A stretch of DNA of 64,000 nucleotides, taken from Candidatus Omnitrophota bacterium. Lineage in GTDB: Bacteria; Omnitrophota; Gorgyraeia; Pluralincolimonadales; Pluralincolimonadaceae. Within the stretch, counting starts at the first letter, position 1, and the number at the start of each line of letters is the position of its first letter. Below, in pieces: positions 51,439-61,325 of the stretch. The notes below the pieces were generated by a model that ran no database searches, was not told the origin of the DNA, and saw only the letters and a program-made list of their open reading frames with translations. The stretch is taken from the NCBI GenBank assembly GCA_028716565.1, contig JAQUPL010000006.1, positions 32,759 through 96,758 of the forward strand. The letters run 5' to 3'. The position numbers were made by a program, and so were the translations under genes.

Positions 51439-53577
51439 ATGAAGAAGGCTAAAGAAGAGAAGAAAAAGGAAGTAAAAAAGAAGCCTGTCAAGGCGTCGGC
51501 TAAACCAAAGGTCGCGGTTAAGAAGATCAAGCTCGCGATTCCGGCCAAGGAAAAGAAAGTCGTTAAGGCCAAGATCACAGCTCCGAAGCTTGAGGCCCCG
51601 AAACCAGAGGTCAAGCCCGCGCCTGTGCAGCCTCCGGTTGCGCCGAAAGTTGAGGCGCCAAAGCCTGCTCCGAAGCTTGAGGCACCGAGGGCCGAAAGGC
51701 CGTCTCCAAAAGCAGAAGAAAAAACGGTCCGGAAGCCAGAAGTAACTCCTCCGGCTCCGCCTGTTCCCCCCGTACCTAAAACTGAGATTAAGCAGGTACC
51801 AGCGGCTCCTCCGGTCAAAAAAGAACCCGTAAAGATAGAATGCAAATTCCCCATAACCATAAAAGACCTCGCCGTGAAATTGAACGCCAGGCCCAATGAA
51901 TTGATAATGAAACTAATGAAACTTAAGGTCATGGCGACGATAAACCAGGCGGTCGACTATGACGTGGCGAGCCTTATCGCCGCCGATTACGGATTTGAAT
52001 TTGTAAAACCGTTGACGCAGGAAGAGGAATTGACAAAGGCGCTTGATGTCGAGGATAAGGCCAAATTGGTCTTCCGCGCGCCGGTCATCACATTGATGGG
52101 CCACGTCGACCACGGCAAGACGTCTCTGCTCGATGCGATAAGGAAGAGCCGCGTGACAGAGCAGGAGTCCGGCGGTATCACCCAGCATATCGGCGCGTAT
52201 GAAGTGGCTGTCGGAAAGGGCCATATCACATTTTTAGATACTCCGGGACATGAAGCGTTTACAGCCATGAGGGCGCGCGGCGCGCAGGCGACCGATATCG
52301 TAATTTTAGTCGTCGCGGCGGATGACGGTGTCATGCCCCAGACAAAAGAAGCCATAGACCACGCGCGCGCGGCCGGAGTGCCGTTAATCGTCGCGATGAA
52401 TAAGATAGATAAGGCGGAAGCGAACCCGGACAGGGTCAAGAAGCAGTTGATGGATATAGGCCTCATGACCGAGGACTGGGGCGGCAAGACTATCGCCGTC
52501 GGAGTCTCGGCGAAGACCGGCAAGGGCATCGATGAGCTTTTGGAGATGCTCCTGCTTGAAGCCGAGATGCTCGAGCTCAAGGCCGACCCTACCAGGGCGG
52601 CAAAGGGCGTCGTCATCGAAGGAAGGTTATCGAAGGGCGGCGGGCCTATCGCTACCGTCCTCGTCCAGAAAGGCACATTGCGCCCCGGCGATACGGTCGT
52701 CGCGGGACAGCATTACGGCAAGGTCAGGGCTATGATAAACGACCTCGGCCACAGGATAAATGAAGCGCCGCCGTCAAAACCCGTAGAGATATTGGGCCTG
52801 GCCGGTGTACCTGAGGCCGGCGATGTATTCTTCGTAGTGGCCGATGAGAAGGCCGCGAGGGAGATCGTCAACAGGCGCCTGGACGTTGCGAAAGCTAACC
52901 ACTTGCAGCCTGTAAAGAGGATAACCCTCGAGGAACTTTCCCAACAGGTAAAGGAAGGGAAAGCCAAGGAATTAAAGGTGATCCTCAAGGCCGACGTGCA
53001 GGGTTCGGCCGGGGCTCTCGAACAATCGATAAAGAACCTTGAGACTAAAGACATCAAGCTCGATGTGATACATTCCGCTGTCGGCAGCATAAACGAGTCG
53101 GATATCATGCTCGCCGCGGCTTCAAACGCCATCATAATCGGTTTCCACGTCGACCTTACGCCCGAGGCCGCGCCGAAGGCGAAGCTCGAGGAGGTCGATG
53201 TCAGGTTATACAGGATAATTTACGAGGCGATCAACGACATAAAGAGCGCCATGGAAGGTATGCTCGAGCCGACGATCTCCGAGGTCTTCATGGGCCGCGC
53301 CGACGTCAGGCAGGTCTTCAAGGTCAGCAAGGCCGGGACGATAGCCGGCTGCTTCCTTGCCAAGGGAAAGGCGGTAAGAGGCGCGTTGTGCCGCCTCTGG
53401 AGGGACAAGGATAAGGTCTATGAGGGAAGGATCGGCTCATTGAAGCGGTTTAAAGACGATGTCAAGGAAGTCGCCGAAGGTTTCGAGTGCGGCATATCCC
53501 TCGATAACTTCAGCGGCATAAACGCCGGCGACGTGATAGAGATATACGAGTTGAAAAAGACAGCGAGGAAATTGTAA
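51439..53577 (+). CDS. infB: Translation initiation factor IF-2
   Basis: G-domain 'GHVDHGKTSLLDAIR', 'DTPGHEAF', 'NKIDK'. The Lys/Pro-rich repetitive N-terminus is typical of IF-2. Confidence 0.95.
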   Translation: MKKAKEEKKKEVKKKPVKASAKPKVAVKKIKLAIPAKEKKVVKAKITAPKLEAPKPEVKPAPVQPPVAPKVEAPKPAPKLEAPRAERPSPKAEEKTVRKPEVTPPAPPVPPVPKTEIKQVPAAPPVKKEPVKIECKFPITIKDLAVKLNARPNELIMKLMKLKVMATINQAVDYDVASLIAADYGFEFVKPLTQEEELTKALDVEDKAKLVFRAPVITLMGHVDHGKTSLLDAIRKSRVTEQESGGITQHIGAYEVAVGKGHITFLDTPGHEAFTAMRARGAQATDIVILVVAADDGVMPQTKEAIDHARAAGVPLIVAMNKIDKAEANPDRVKKQLMDIGLMTEDWGGKTIAVGVSAKTGKGIDELLEMLLLEAEMLELKADPTRAAKGVVIEGRLSKGGGPIATVLVQKGTLRPGDTVVAGQHYGKVRAMINDLGHRINEAPPSKPVEILGLAGVPEAGDVFFVVADEKAAREIVNRRLDVAKANHLQPVKRITLEELSQQVKEGKAKELKVILKADVQGSAGALEQSIKNLETKDIKLDVIHSAVGSINESDIMLAAASNAIIIGFHVDLTPEAAPKAKLEEVDVRLYRIIYEAINDIKSAMEGMLEPTISEVFMGRADVRQVFKVSKAGTIAGCFLAKGKAVRGALCRLWRDKDKVYEGRIGSLKRFKDDVKEVAEGFECGISLDNFSGINAGDVIEIYELKKTARKL

Positions 53578-53579
53578 GG

Positions 53580-54560
53580 ATGAAGAAACGCATCTTAAGC
53601 GGGATGCGCCCGACCGGAAAATTACACCTGGGGCACCTGGCAGGCGCGCTTAAGAACTGGGTCGGGATGCAGGAGAAATACGACTGCTTCTACATGGTGG
53701 CGGACTATCATGCGCTGATGAGTGAGTATGCGGATCCATCCGCCATGAAGGAGAACGCGATAGATAACGTCGCGGATTTTCTCGCGTGCGGCCTCGATCC
53801 CGACAAGTCGGTGATCTTCGTTCAATCGCACGTGCCGGAACATCTTGAATTGGATATGATACTTTCGGCGATAACGCCGTTATCGTGGCTCGAGCGCTGC
53901 CCGACATATAAGGAGCAGCTGAGGGAAGTCGAGGGGAGAGACCTCGCGACATACGGGTTCCTCGGATACCCTGTCTTACAGGCGGCCGACATTTTGATAT
54001 ATAAAGCAAATGCGGTCCCTGTGGGCGAGGACCAGTTGCCTCACCTCGAGCTCACGAGAGAGATAGCGCGCAGGTTCCGGCATTTTTACAAGAAGGAGAT
54101 ATTCCCGGAGCCGGAGGCGATAATGACCGCCACACCAAGGTTGTTAGGGGTGGACAACAGGAAGATGTCGAAGAGCTACGGCAACGCGGTCAACCTCTCG
54201 GACTCCCCGGAAGAGATAAAGAAGAAGATAAAGTCGATGATAACCGACCCGAAGAGGATAAGGAAGGATGACCCGGGCCATCCCGACATATGCAACGTAT
54301 ATTCGTATTATAAATTTTTCTTCCCCGAAGAGATAGGGAACCTGTCCGAGGAGTGCAAGGCCGGCAATATCGGCTGTGTAGAGGACAAGGGCAAGCTCGC
54401 GGACTGCATAGTCGAGCTACTGAGGCCCATACAGGAAAAACGTAATAAGCTTATCAAAGACAGGAAAGAGATCGAAGCCGTCCTTGAGAAAGGCGACAGG
54501 AAAGCCCGTGAGTTCGCCCGCGGCACAATGGACGAGGTAAAGAAGGCAGTCGGTATATGA
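53580..54560 (+). CDS. trpS: Tryptophanyl-tRNA synthetase
   Basis: HIGH ('GKLHLGHL') and 'KMSKS' motifs. ~326 aa, class Ic. Confidence 0.9.
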   Translation: MKKRILSGMRPTGKLHLGHLAGALKNWVGMQEKYDCFYMVADYHALMSEYADPSAMKENAIDNVADFLACGLDPDKSVIFVQSHVPEHLELDMILSAITPLSWLERCPTYKEQLREVEGRDLATYGFLGYPVLQAADILIYKANAVPVGEDQLPHLELTREIARRFRHFYKKEIFPEPEAIMTATPRLLGVDNRKMSKSYGNAVNLSDSPEEIKKKIKSMITDPKRIRKDDPGHPDICNVYSYYKFFFPEEIGNLSEECKAGNIGCVEDKGKLADCIVELLRPIQEKRNKLIKDRKEIEAVLEKGDRKAREFARGTMDEVKKAVGI

Positions 54561-55360
54561 CCTATAAGGTAAAACTTGATGTCTTTGAAGGCCCGCTCGA
54601 CCTTCTGCTTTATCTGATAAAAAAAGAAGAAGCCGACATCTTTGACATCCCGATCGCGAAGATCACCGAGCAGTACCTCCAGTACATCGAGTACATGAAA
54701 TTGCTGGACCTTAATATCGCCGGCGAATTTATCGTGATGGCCGCGACATTGATGCACATCAAGTCGCGCCTCTTATTGCCGCCGGATGAGCAGCCGCCGC
54801 TTGAAGAGGAAGAAGAGGACCCGCGCGCCGAACTCGTGCGCAGGCTCATCGAATATAAGAAGTTCAAGGAAGCGGCCGGCGAACTTTCGGAGATGGAGCG
54901 GAGAAGGTCTTTGGTATTCCCGCGCTCGGTGGATGAGGCCCAGTATATCGACAAGACCGAGGGGCCGTATTTCGAGGCGTCGATATTCGACCTCATAAAC
55001 GCTTTCTCGACGATACTGAAGTCGGTATCGAGGGAGGCTTTCCTCGAGGTCGTTAAGGATGAATACACGGTCGAGGAGAAGGTCCATGAGATATTCCACC
55101 TCCTCGTCGAACAGCCGGTAATAAATTTCAGGGACCTGTTCAAGAGGTCGAAGAACAGGCTCGAGCTTATAGCGACTTTCCTGGCGCTTTTAGAGCTCAT
55201 AAGGGTCAAGGAAGTTTCGGTAAGGCAGCGCAGCATGTTCGGCGAGATCGAGGTCGTCCGAAACGCGGACAAGATCAACCCGAAACTGAAGGCGATAGCA
55301 GGCGGAGGGCAAGGTCCCTCGCAAAGCGAGGGGGAGGCCACACAGAGTGGAATCGAGTGA
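54557..55360 (+). CDS. scpA: Segregation and condensation protein A (kleisin)
   Basis: 'FEGPLDLLLYLIKKEE' N-terminus. A winged-helix C-terminus. Confidence 0.85.
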   Translation: MTYKVKLDVFEGPLDLLLYLIKKEEADIFDIPIAKITEQYLQYIEYMKLLDLNIAGEFIVMAATLMHIKSRLLLPPDEQPPLEEEEEDPRAELVRRLIEYKKFKEAAGELSEMERRRSLVFPRSVDEAQYIDKTEGPYFEASIFDLINAFSTILKSVSREAFLEVVKDEYTVEEKVHEIFHLLVEQPVINFRDLFKRSKNRLELIATFLALLELIRVKEVSVRQRSMFGEIEVVRNADKINPKLKAIAGGGQGPSQSEGEATQSGIE

Positions 55361-56063
55361 GCTGAAAAAAATAATAGAGGCGCTTCTTTTTGCTTCCGAG
55401 AAGCCGATAGCCGTAGAGCAGATGAAAGAGGTCATTGAGGAAGTCGAAACGAAGGATATAAGGGCCGCCCTCGTCGAGCTTATGACAGAATACGAGACGC
55501 TCGGCAGGAGTTTTAAGGTCTACGAGGTCGCCGGCGGTTACCAGATGGTCACGGCGCCCGAGTTCGCGGATTACCTGAAGAAGTTTTACAGGGTCAAGTC
55601 GAAGGATAAGCTCAGCAAGCCTGCCCTCGAGACCCTTGCGGTAATAGCTTACCGCCAACCGATAACCAAGTCCGAGATAGAGGACATCCGCGGCGTCAAC
55701 GTAGACGGCGTGGTCGAGACGCTCGCGGACAGGATGATGATAAGGATAACCGGCAGGAAGGACGCGCCGGGCAGGCCGATACTCTACGGCACGACGAAGG
55801 AATTTTTGGACAGGTTCGGGTTGAGTTCGTTGAACGAGCTGCCGAAGCTCGGCGAATTCACCGAAGCCGACATCGATGTAAACGAATTGAAACAGGGACT
55901 GGCAAAAGAAGGAATCGAAGGAACCGAAAGCCAGGAGGTAAATGATGGAACTGGAGAAGTTGCGCAAGCAGATAGACCTGCTGGACTCGAAACTGGTCAA
56001 CCTGCTGAACCGGAGGGCGAGCCTAAGCCAGAAGATAGGCCGCCTGAAGGCGAAAGCAAGTAA
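55347..56063 (+). CDS. scpB: Segregation and condensation protein B with acidic Pro/Glu-rich C-terminal tail
   Basis: 'IIEALLFASEKPI' and 'LETLAVIAYRQPITKSEIEDIRGV'. GTG start. The last ~40 codons overlap pheA. Confidence 0.8.
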   Translation: MESSELKKIIEALLFASEKPIAVEQMKEVIEEVETKDIRAALVELMTEYETLGRSFKVYEVAGGYQMVTAPEFADYLKKFYRVKSKDKLSKPALETLAVIAYRQPITKSEIEDIRGVNVDGVVETLADRMMIRITGRKDAPGRPILYGTTKEFLDRFGLSSLNELPKLGEFTEADIDVNELKQGLAKEGIEGTESQEVNDGTGEVAQADRPAGLETGQPAEPEGEPKPEDRPPEGESK

Positions 56064-57003
56064 GGCCGTTTATTCGCCGGACAGGGAGAGGATCGTATAC
56101 GAGGGGATCTCCGCGCATAACGGAGGGCCGCTCTCGAACGAGTCTTTACAGGCGATATACAGGGAGATAATGTCAGGCTCGCTCTCGCTCGAGAAGCCGC
56201 TGAAGATAGCTTATATGGGGCCGCCGGCAAGTTTCTCCAATATCGCGGCGCTCAAGAAATTCGGCTCATCGGTCCGGTACCTTCCGGTAAATACGATCAC
56301 GGATGTCTTCGCCGAAGTCGAGCACGGCAGGGCGGATTACGGTGTCGTCCCGATAGAGAACTCTATAGAGGGCGCGATAAACTACACCCTCGACATGTTC
56401 ATGGAATCCGACTTAAAGATATGCTCGGAGATCTCGATAGAGATATCGCATAATCTTTTGGCGAAGTGCCGGATGGACCGGATAAAGAAGATATATTCCA
56501 ATCCGAGCGTCATCGGGCAATGCAGGATGTGGCTCGAGGCGAACCTGCCGCGCGTTGAGTTGATAGAGGTCTCATCGACTACAAAGGCGGCGGAGATGGC
56601 GGTCAAGGAGAGGGGCACGGCCGCGATAGGGTCGAGCCTGGCCGCCGATTGCTATGGGCTCAATATCCTCGCGCGTTCGATAGAGGACAGCCCGCATAAT
56701 ATGACAAGGTTCCTGGTAATAGGAAAAGTCGAGAACAAACAGACCGGCAAGGACAAGACGTCGATAATGTTCGCGGTAAAGGACAGGGTCGGCGCGCTTC
56801 ACGATATGCTGGTGCCGTTCAAGAAGAGCAGGATAAACCTGACGAAGATAGAGTCGCGGCCGTCGAAGAAGAGGGCGTGGGAGTACCGCTTCTTCGTCGA
56901 TATGACAGGCCACCATGAAGACGCGGCCATAAAGAAGGCGCTTAAGGAACTTGAGCGCGTCTGCACGAACTTAAAGATACTCGGGTCTTACCCGATACCA
57001 TAA
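55942..57003 (+). CDS. pheA: Bifunctional chorismate mutase / prephenate dehydratase (P-protein) with ACT domain
   Basis: Chorismate mutase helix 'LEKLRKQIDLLDSKLVNLLNRRASLSQKIGRLK'. PDT domain 'IAYMGPPASFS...TRFLVIG'. ACT domain 'TSIMFAV...PGAL'. Confidence 0.9.
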   Translation: MMELEKLRKQIDLLDSKLVNLLNRRASLSQKIGRLKAKASKAVYSPDRERIVYEGISAHNGGPLSNESLQAIYREIMSGSLSLEKPLKIAYMGPPASFSNIAALKKFGSSVRYLPVNTITDVFAEVEHGRADYGVVPIENSIEGAINYTLDMFMESDLKICSEISIEISHNLLAKCRMDRIKKIYSNPSVIGQCRMWLEANLPRVELIEVSSTTKAAEMAVKERGTAAIGSSLAADCYGLNILARSIEDSPHNMTRFLVIGKVENKQTGKDKTSIMFAVKDRVGALHDMLVPFKKSRINLTKIESRPSKKRAWEYRFFVDMTGHHEDAAIKKALKELERVCTNLKILGSYPIP

Positions 57004-57014
57004 AAGGGAAGAGG

Positions 57015-58106
57015 ATGAGCAGGTTAGCTAAAAAAGGCGTAATGAATATAGAGCCCTACCAACCGGGCAAACCTATAGACGAGGTCAAGAGGGAGCTCTT
57101 GCTGGAGGAGGTCTATAAACTCGCCTCAAACGAGAACTCGCTCGGCCCCTCGCCCAAGGCGGTGGCCGCGATAACCAAGGCGCTCAAAAGCCTGAACCGT
57201 TACCCTGACGGCAACTGCTTTTACCTCAAGACTAAACTTGCGAAGAAGCTCAAGGTAAAACCGGAGAACATCACCTTTGGCAACGGCTCGGACGAGCTGA
57301 TAGCCGTGATGGTCCAGGCATTTATGAACGAGGACGAGAACGCGGTCATCGCGGATCCCACGTTCCTTGAATACCGGCTGATAACCGAGGCATACGGCAG
57401 GGAGGTAAAAGTCGTCCCGTGCGTCAACCTCAAATACGACCTCGACGGGATGCGGAAGGCGATAGACGGCAAGACAAAGCTTGTCTTTATCGCGAATCCT
57501 GACAACCCGACCGGGACGTATATCAGCGACAAGCAGATAACGAGATTCCTCGAGAATATCCCGGATAATGTCATCGCCGTGATGGACGAGGCATATTATG
57601 ATTTTGTCGACGCGAAGGATTATCCGGACACGATGAGGCACCTGAAGGACAAGAACCTCATTATATTGCGGACCTTCTCGAAGGCATACGGGCTCGCAGG
57701 CCTTAGGGTCGGCTACGCCCTGGCGAGTACCGAACTTATAGAATGTATGAACAGGGTCAGGCAGCCATTTAACGTGAACTCATTGGCGCAGGTCGCGGCG
57801 CAGGCAGCCATCGATGATGCGGATCACCTGAAGAAGACCAGGGAGACGGTCCTTAAAGGTAAGAAGTTTATCTGTAGCGCACTGGATAAGATGGGCGTCG
57901 CGTATGTCCCGAGCCAGACTAATTTCGTGCTCGTAGACGTAAAGCGCGACAGCTGGGAGTTTTTCCAGAAGCTCCTGAGATACGGCGTGATAGTCAGGGA
58001 TATGAAGCCGTATAAGCTGGAGAGCTATATCCGCGTCACGATAGGGACCGATAAAGAGAACAAGAAATTTTTGGAAGCTCTTAAGAAGGTATCGAAGGAG
58101 ATATAG
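57015..58106 (+). CDS. Histidinol-phosphate / aromatic aminotransferase (class II, HisC family)
   Basis: '[12 protein letters not shown]' and '[16 protein letters not shown]' (PLP-binding Lys). Located between pheA and aroF/tyrA. Confidence 0.8.
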   Translation: MSRLAKKGVMNIEPYQPGKPIDEVKRELLLEEVYKLASNENSLGPSPKAVAAITKALKSLNRYPDGNCFYLKTKLAKKLKVKPENITFGNGSDELIAVMVQAFMNEDENAVIADPTFLEYRLITEAYGREVKVVPCVNLKYDLDGMRKAIDGKTKLVFIANPDNPTGTYISDKQITRFLENIPDNVIAVMDEAYYDFVDAKDYPDTMRHLKDKNLIILRTFSKAYGLAGLRVGYALASTELIECMNRVRQPFNVNSLAQVAAQAAIDDADHLKKTRETVLKGKKFICSALDKMGVAYVPSQTNFVLVDVKRDSWEFFQKLLRYGVIVRDMKPYKLESYIRVTIGTDKENKKFLEALKKVSKEI

Positions 58107-58107
58107 G

Positions 58108-59121
58108 ATGATAATCGTCTTAAAACCCGAAGCTACAGAATCGCAGATAAAGCATATAGTAGAGAAGGTCAAGGCGCTCGGCCTGAAGCCGATGATATCG
58201 AAGGGCGTCGAGCGCACCATCATAGGCCTGATAGGCGAGGAAGACGTGCTCCGCTCCACTCCGCTCGATGTCTTTCCCGGCGTCGAGAAGGTCATGTCGA
58301 TCCTCGCGCCGTATAAGCTCGTCTCGCGGGAATTCAAGCACGAGAGCAGCGTAATAAACGTGGGCAAAGTCAAAGTGGGCGGGAAGAAGATAGCGGTCAT
58401 GGCCGGGCCGTGCTCTATCGAGAACCGCGAGATGCTTATCCATATAGCGAAGGATATAAAGAAGGCCGGCGCCTCGGTTTTGCGCGGCGGCGCCTTCAAG
58501 CCCCGCACTTCGCCTTACAGTTTCCAGGGATTAGGCGAGGAAGGGCTCAAATACCTGAAAGAAGCGCGCGAGAAGACCGGCCTGCCTGTCATCACCGAAG
58601 TAATGGATATCCGCGACATCGCCCTGATCGAGAAATACGTTGATATCCTCCAGGTCGGCGCCAGGAATATGCAGAATTTCAATCTATTAAAGGAAGTGGG
58701 ATTATCGAAGAAGCCGGTGCTCCTGAAACGCGGCATGTCGTCGACCATAATCGAGCTGTTGATGTCGGCCGAATATATATTGTCTAACGGGAATTTCAAC
58801 GTCATGCTCTGCGAGCGGGGGATAAGGACTTTTGAGGACCAGACGCGTTTCACGCTGGACCTGAGCGCCGTCCCGGTCCTTAAGAAACTGACGCATCTGC
58901 CGGTCATAGTCGATCCCAGCCATGCCGCGGGCAAGTGGGGATATGTCCCCGCCTTGTCTAGGGCCGCTATAGCCGCCGGCTGCGACGGGCTGATAGTGGA
59001 GGTCCATCCTAAACCCGAAGAGGCGTTCTCGGACGGCGCGCAGTCGCTCGTCCCGGATAATTTTAACAAGATGATGAAAGATCTTAAGTCCGTAGCTAAG
59101 GCGGTCGGGCGTGATATTTAA
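58108..59121 (+). CDS. aroF: 3-deoxy-7-phosphoheptulonate (DAHP) synthase, class I-beta with N-terminal regulatory domain
   Basis: '[11 protein letters not shown]' and '[19 protein letters not shown]' core. A ~80-aa ferredoxin-like N-terminal extension. Confidence 0.85.
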   Translation: MIIVLKPEATESQIKHIVEKVKALGLKPMISKGVERTIIGLIGEEDVLRSTPLDVFPGVEKVMSILAPYKLVSREFKHESSVINVGKVKVGGKKIAVMAGPCSIENREMLIHIAKDIKKAGASVLRGGAFKPRTSPYSFQGLGEEGLKYLKEAREKTGLPVITEVMDIRDIALIEKYVDILQVGARNMQNFNLLKEVGLSKKPVLLKRGMSSTIIELLMSAEYILSNGNFNVMLCERGIRTFEDQTRFTLDLSAVPVLKKLTHLPVIVDPSHAAGKWGYVPALSRAAIAAGCDGLIVEVHPKPEEAFSDGAQSLVPDNFNKMMKDLKSVAKAVGRDI

Positions 59122-59953
59122 AAAAGTGGCGATAATCGGGGTCGGCCTTATCGGCGGCTCCATCGGCGAGGCCTTGAAGAAGAAGGGCCTGGCCGGGACA
59201 GTGGTGGGCGTAGGGCACAGGGCTTCCTCGATAAATGAGGCCTTGGCCCGCGGCGCGATAGATAAAGGGACGCTCGATGCAGTTAGGGGCGTCGCCGGTG
59301 CCGATCTCGTGATAATAGCGACTCCGGTCTGCCTTATACCCGGGGCCGCGAAGAAGATATCGCGTTCCCTGAAAAAAGGCTGTATCGTCACCGATGCCGG
59401 AAGCACTAAGGCCGAGATAGTCGCCTCGCTTGAACGTATTTTACCGAAGGGCGTGGATTTTGTCGGCTCGCATCCTTTGGCCGGTTCGGAGAAACGGGGC
59501 ATCGTATTCGCGCAGGATAATTTATTTAGGGGTTCGATCGTCATAATGACCAAGACAAAGAAGACAAAAAGAGCGGCGCTGGCTAAATTGAGCAGGTTCT
59601 GGAAGTCCCTCGGCGTGGAGAGGGTCGTAATAAAATCACCTGAGGAACACGACAGGATAGTCGCGGAGATAAGCCATCTTCCGCATATTGCCGCCGCCGC
59701 GATCATCAATACGGCAAGCGACAAGTCGCTGGAATTCGCCTCGAGCGGATTCAAGGACACGACCCGCATCGCGGCGAGCGATCCCGTCATATGGCGCGAT
59801 ATATGCGTGACGAACAGGAAAGAGATATTAAAGGCGCTTGAAAGATATGAGCGCAATATCGCCAGGCTTAAGAAACTGATAAAGAGCGGCTCGGCCTCCC
59901 GCCTGAGCAGGGAATTCGAGCGTTCTAAAGCGAGGAGGGAGAAGCTAAGTTGA
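59111..59953 (+). CDS. tyrA: Prephenate dehydrogenase
   Basis: '[14 protein letters not shown]' NAD-binding motif and '[10 protein letters not shown]'. GTG start at 59111 is assumed; a GTG at 59126 is an alternative. Confidence 0.8.
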   Translation: MIFKKVAIIGVGLIGGSIGEALKKKGLAGTVVGVGHRASSINEALARGAIDKGTLDAVRGVAGADLVIIATPVCLIPGAAKKISRSLKKGCIVTDAGSTKAEIVASLERILPKGVDFVGSHPLAGSEKRGIVFAQDNLFRGSIVIMTKTKKTKRAALAKLSRFWKSLGVERVVIKSPEEHDRIVAEISHLPHIAAAAIINTASDKSLEFASSGFKDTTRIAASDPVIWRDICVTNRKEILKALERYERNIARLKKLIKSGSASRLSREFERSKARREKLS

Positions 59954-60648
59954 GGCGTCCAGTTATCGCTATCGATGGCCCTGCCGGTTCAGGGAAGAGC
60001 ACCGTAGCGAAACTCGTAGCGCAGAGGCTCGGCTTCCTATATATAGATACCGGGGCGATGTACCGCGCGCTCACCGTTAAGGCGCTGCAGACAAAAACTG
60101 ACTTAAACGACGAAACGAAGCTCGGCGCGCTCGCAAGGGCGACCGATATAAAGTTAGAGCAGTCCAGCGGTTCATTGAAAGTTTACCCTCACACCAAAAA
60201 TTTTAGTGCGAGGGTCTATCTTGACGGCGAGGACGTGACCTCCGAAATAAGGACGCCTGAGATCACGAACAAAGTCAAATATATCGCGCGCGCGAAACCC
60301 GTCCGAGAATGCATGGTCGCCAAACAGCGCAAGCTTGGAGAAGAAGGCGGCACGGTGATGGAGGGCCGCGATATCGGGACTGTAGTCCTTCCGGACGCGG
60401 ACAAAAAGTTTTATATCGACGCCTCATTTGACGTCAGGGTGGCCAGGCGGCACAAGGAATTGAACGGGAACGGCGCCGCCTTAACCGAAGAGGAAGTAAG
60501 AAAAGACCTTAAAATACGCGACGAGAGCGATTTCAACCGCGCTATCGGCCCGTTGAAGAAAGCCGATGACGCGATAGTCGTAGATACGACAGACCTGACG
60601 ATAGAAGGCGTCGTGGATAAAGTCTTGAGTATTATAAAGGCCTTATAG
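59950..60648 (+). CDS. cmk: Cytidylate kinase
   Basis: 'VIAIDGPAGSGKSTVAK' and 'YIDTGAMYRA'. Confidence 0.95.
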   Translation: MRRPVIAIDGPAGSGKSTVAKLVAQRLGFLYIDTGAMYRALTVKALQTKTDLNDETKLGALARATDIKLEQSSGSLKVYPHTKNFSARVYLDGEDVTSEIRTPEITNKVKYIARAKPVRECMVAKQRKLGEEGGTVMEGRDIGTVVLPDADKKFYIDASFDVRVARRHKELNGNGAALTEEEVRKDLKIRDESDFNRAIGPLKKADDAIVVDTTDLTIEGVVDKVLSIIKAL

Positions 60649-60651
60649 ATA

Positions 60652-61269
60652 ATGATGTATTTCCTTGTAAGAAATACTTGCAAGCTGTTCCTTTCCATGT
60701 ATATGGGTTTCAGGGTTTACGGGCAGGAGAATATCCCTAAGAAGGGGGCTTTTATCCTGGCCAGTAACCACGTAAGCCATCTCGACCCGCCGGCTATGTC
60801 GGCCGCTTCGCCGCGCAGGCTTCGTTTTATGGCGAGGCGTACCTTGTCAGATAACTGGTTGTTCAGGCAGGTGGTCGGCAGGTGCAATTTGATCCTTGTA
60901 AACAGGGACAAGGGGGATATCGGAGCTATGAAGACGGCGATCCGCCTCCTCAGATCCGGTAAGGCAGTCTTTCTATTCCCGGAAGGGACGAGAAGCGAGA
61001 CCGGACAGATGAACGAGGCCCAACCCGGCATCGGTTATTTGAGCCTAATGACAGGGTCGCCTATCGTTCCGGCTTATGTAGAGGGAACGGATAAGGCCCT
61101 GCCCAAGGGCGCGAAACGCATAATACGTACGCCAATAGCCGTACATATAGGAGATCTGATCGATCCCAAAAAACTCGATCTTCCGCGCGACAAGAAGGAG
61201 GCCGCGCAAAAACTGGCCGATCACGTCGCCGGGGAGATCAAGCGCCTGGGAGACTCAGTAAAGAAGTAA
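60652..61269 (+). CDS. plsC: 1-acyl-sn-glycerol-3-phosphate acyltransferase
   Basis: 'NHVSHLDP' (HX4D) and 'FPEGTRS'. Confidence 0.85.
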   Translation: MMYFLVRNTCKLFLSMYMGFRVYGQENIPKKGAFILASNHVSHLDPPAMSAASPRRLRFMARRTLSDNWLFRQVVGRCNLILVNRDKGDIGAMKTAIRLLRSGKAVFLFPEGTRSETGQMNEAQPGIGYLSLMTGSPIVPAYVEGTDKALPKGAKRIIRTPIAVHIGDLIDPKKLDLPRDKKEAAQKLADHVAGEIKRLGDSVKK

Positions 61270-61325
61270 AACCGAAAAGCAATAAGAACTAAAAAATCCA
61301 AAAGAAAGAAGGGAGTTACACGGAA

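Noticed and set aside
51500-51830. Tandem nucleotide repeats (gaggccccgaaacc / aagcttgaggc..)
   Set aside because: These encode the repetitive 'KLEAPKP' N-terminal region of IF-2. They are not a CRISPR array or a VNTR outside coding sequence. No CRISPR-like spacer/repeat periodicity exists anywhere in the window.
50529-51932. 467-aa minus-strand ORF rich in Ser/Thr/Ala/Gly/Phe
   Set aside because: Antisense to nusA and the repetitive N-terminus of infB. A low-complexity mirror of the Lys/Glu/Pro-rich sense strand.
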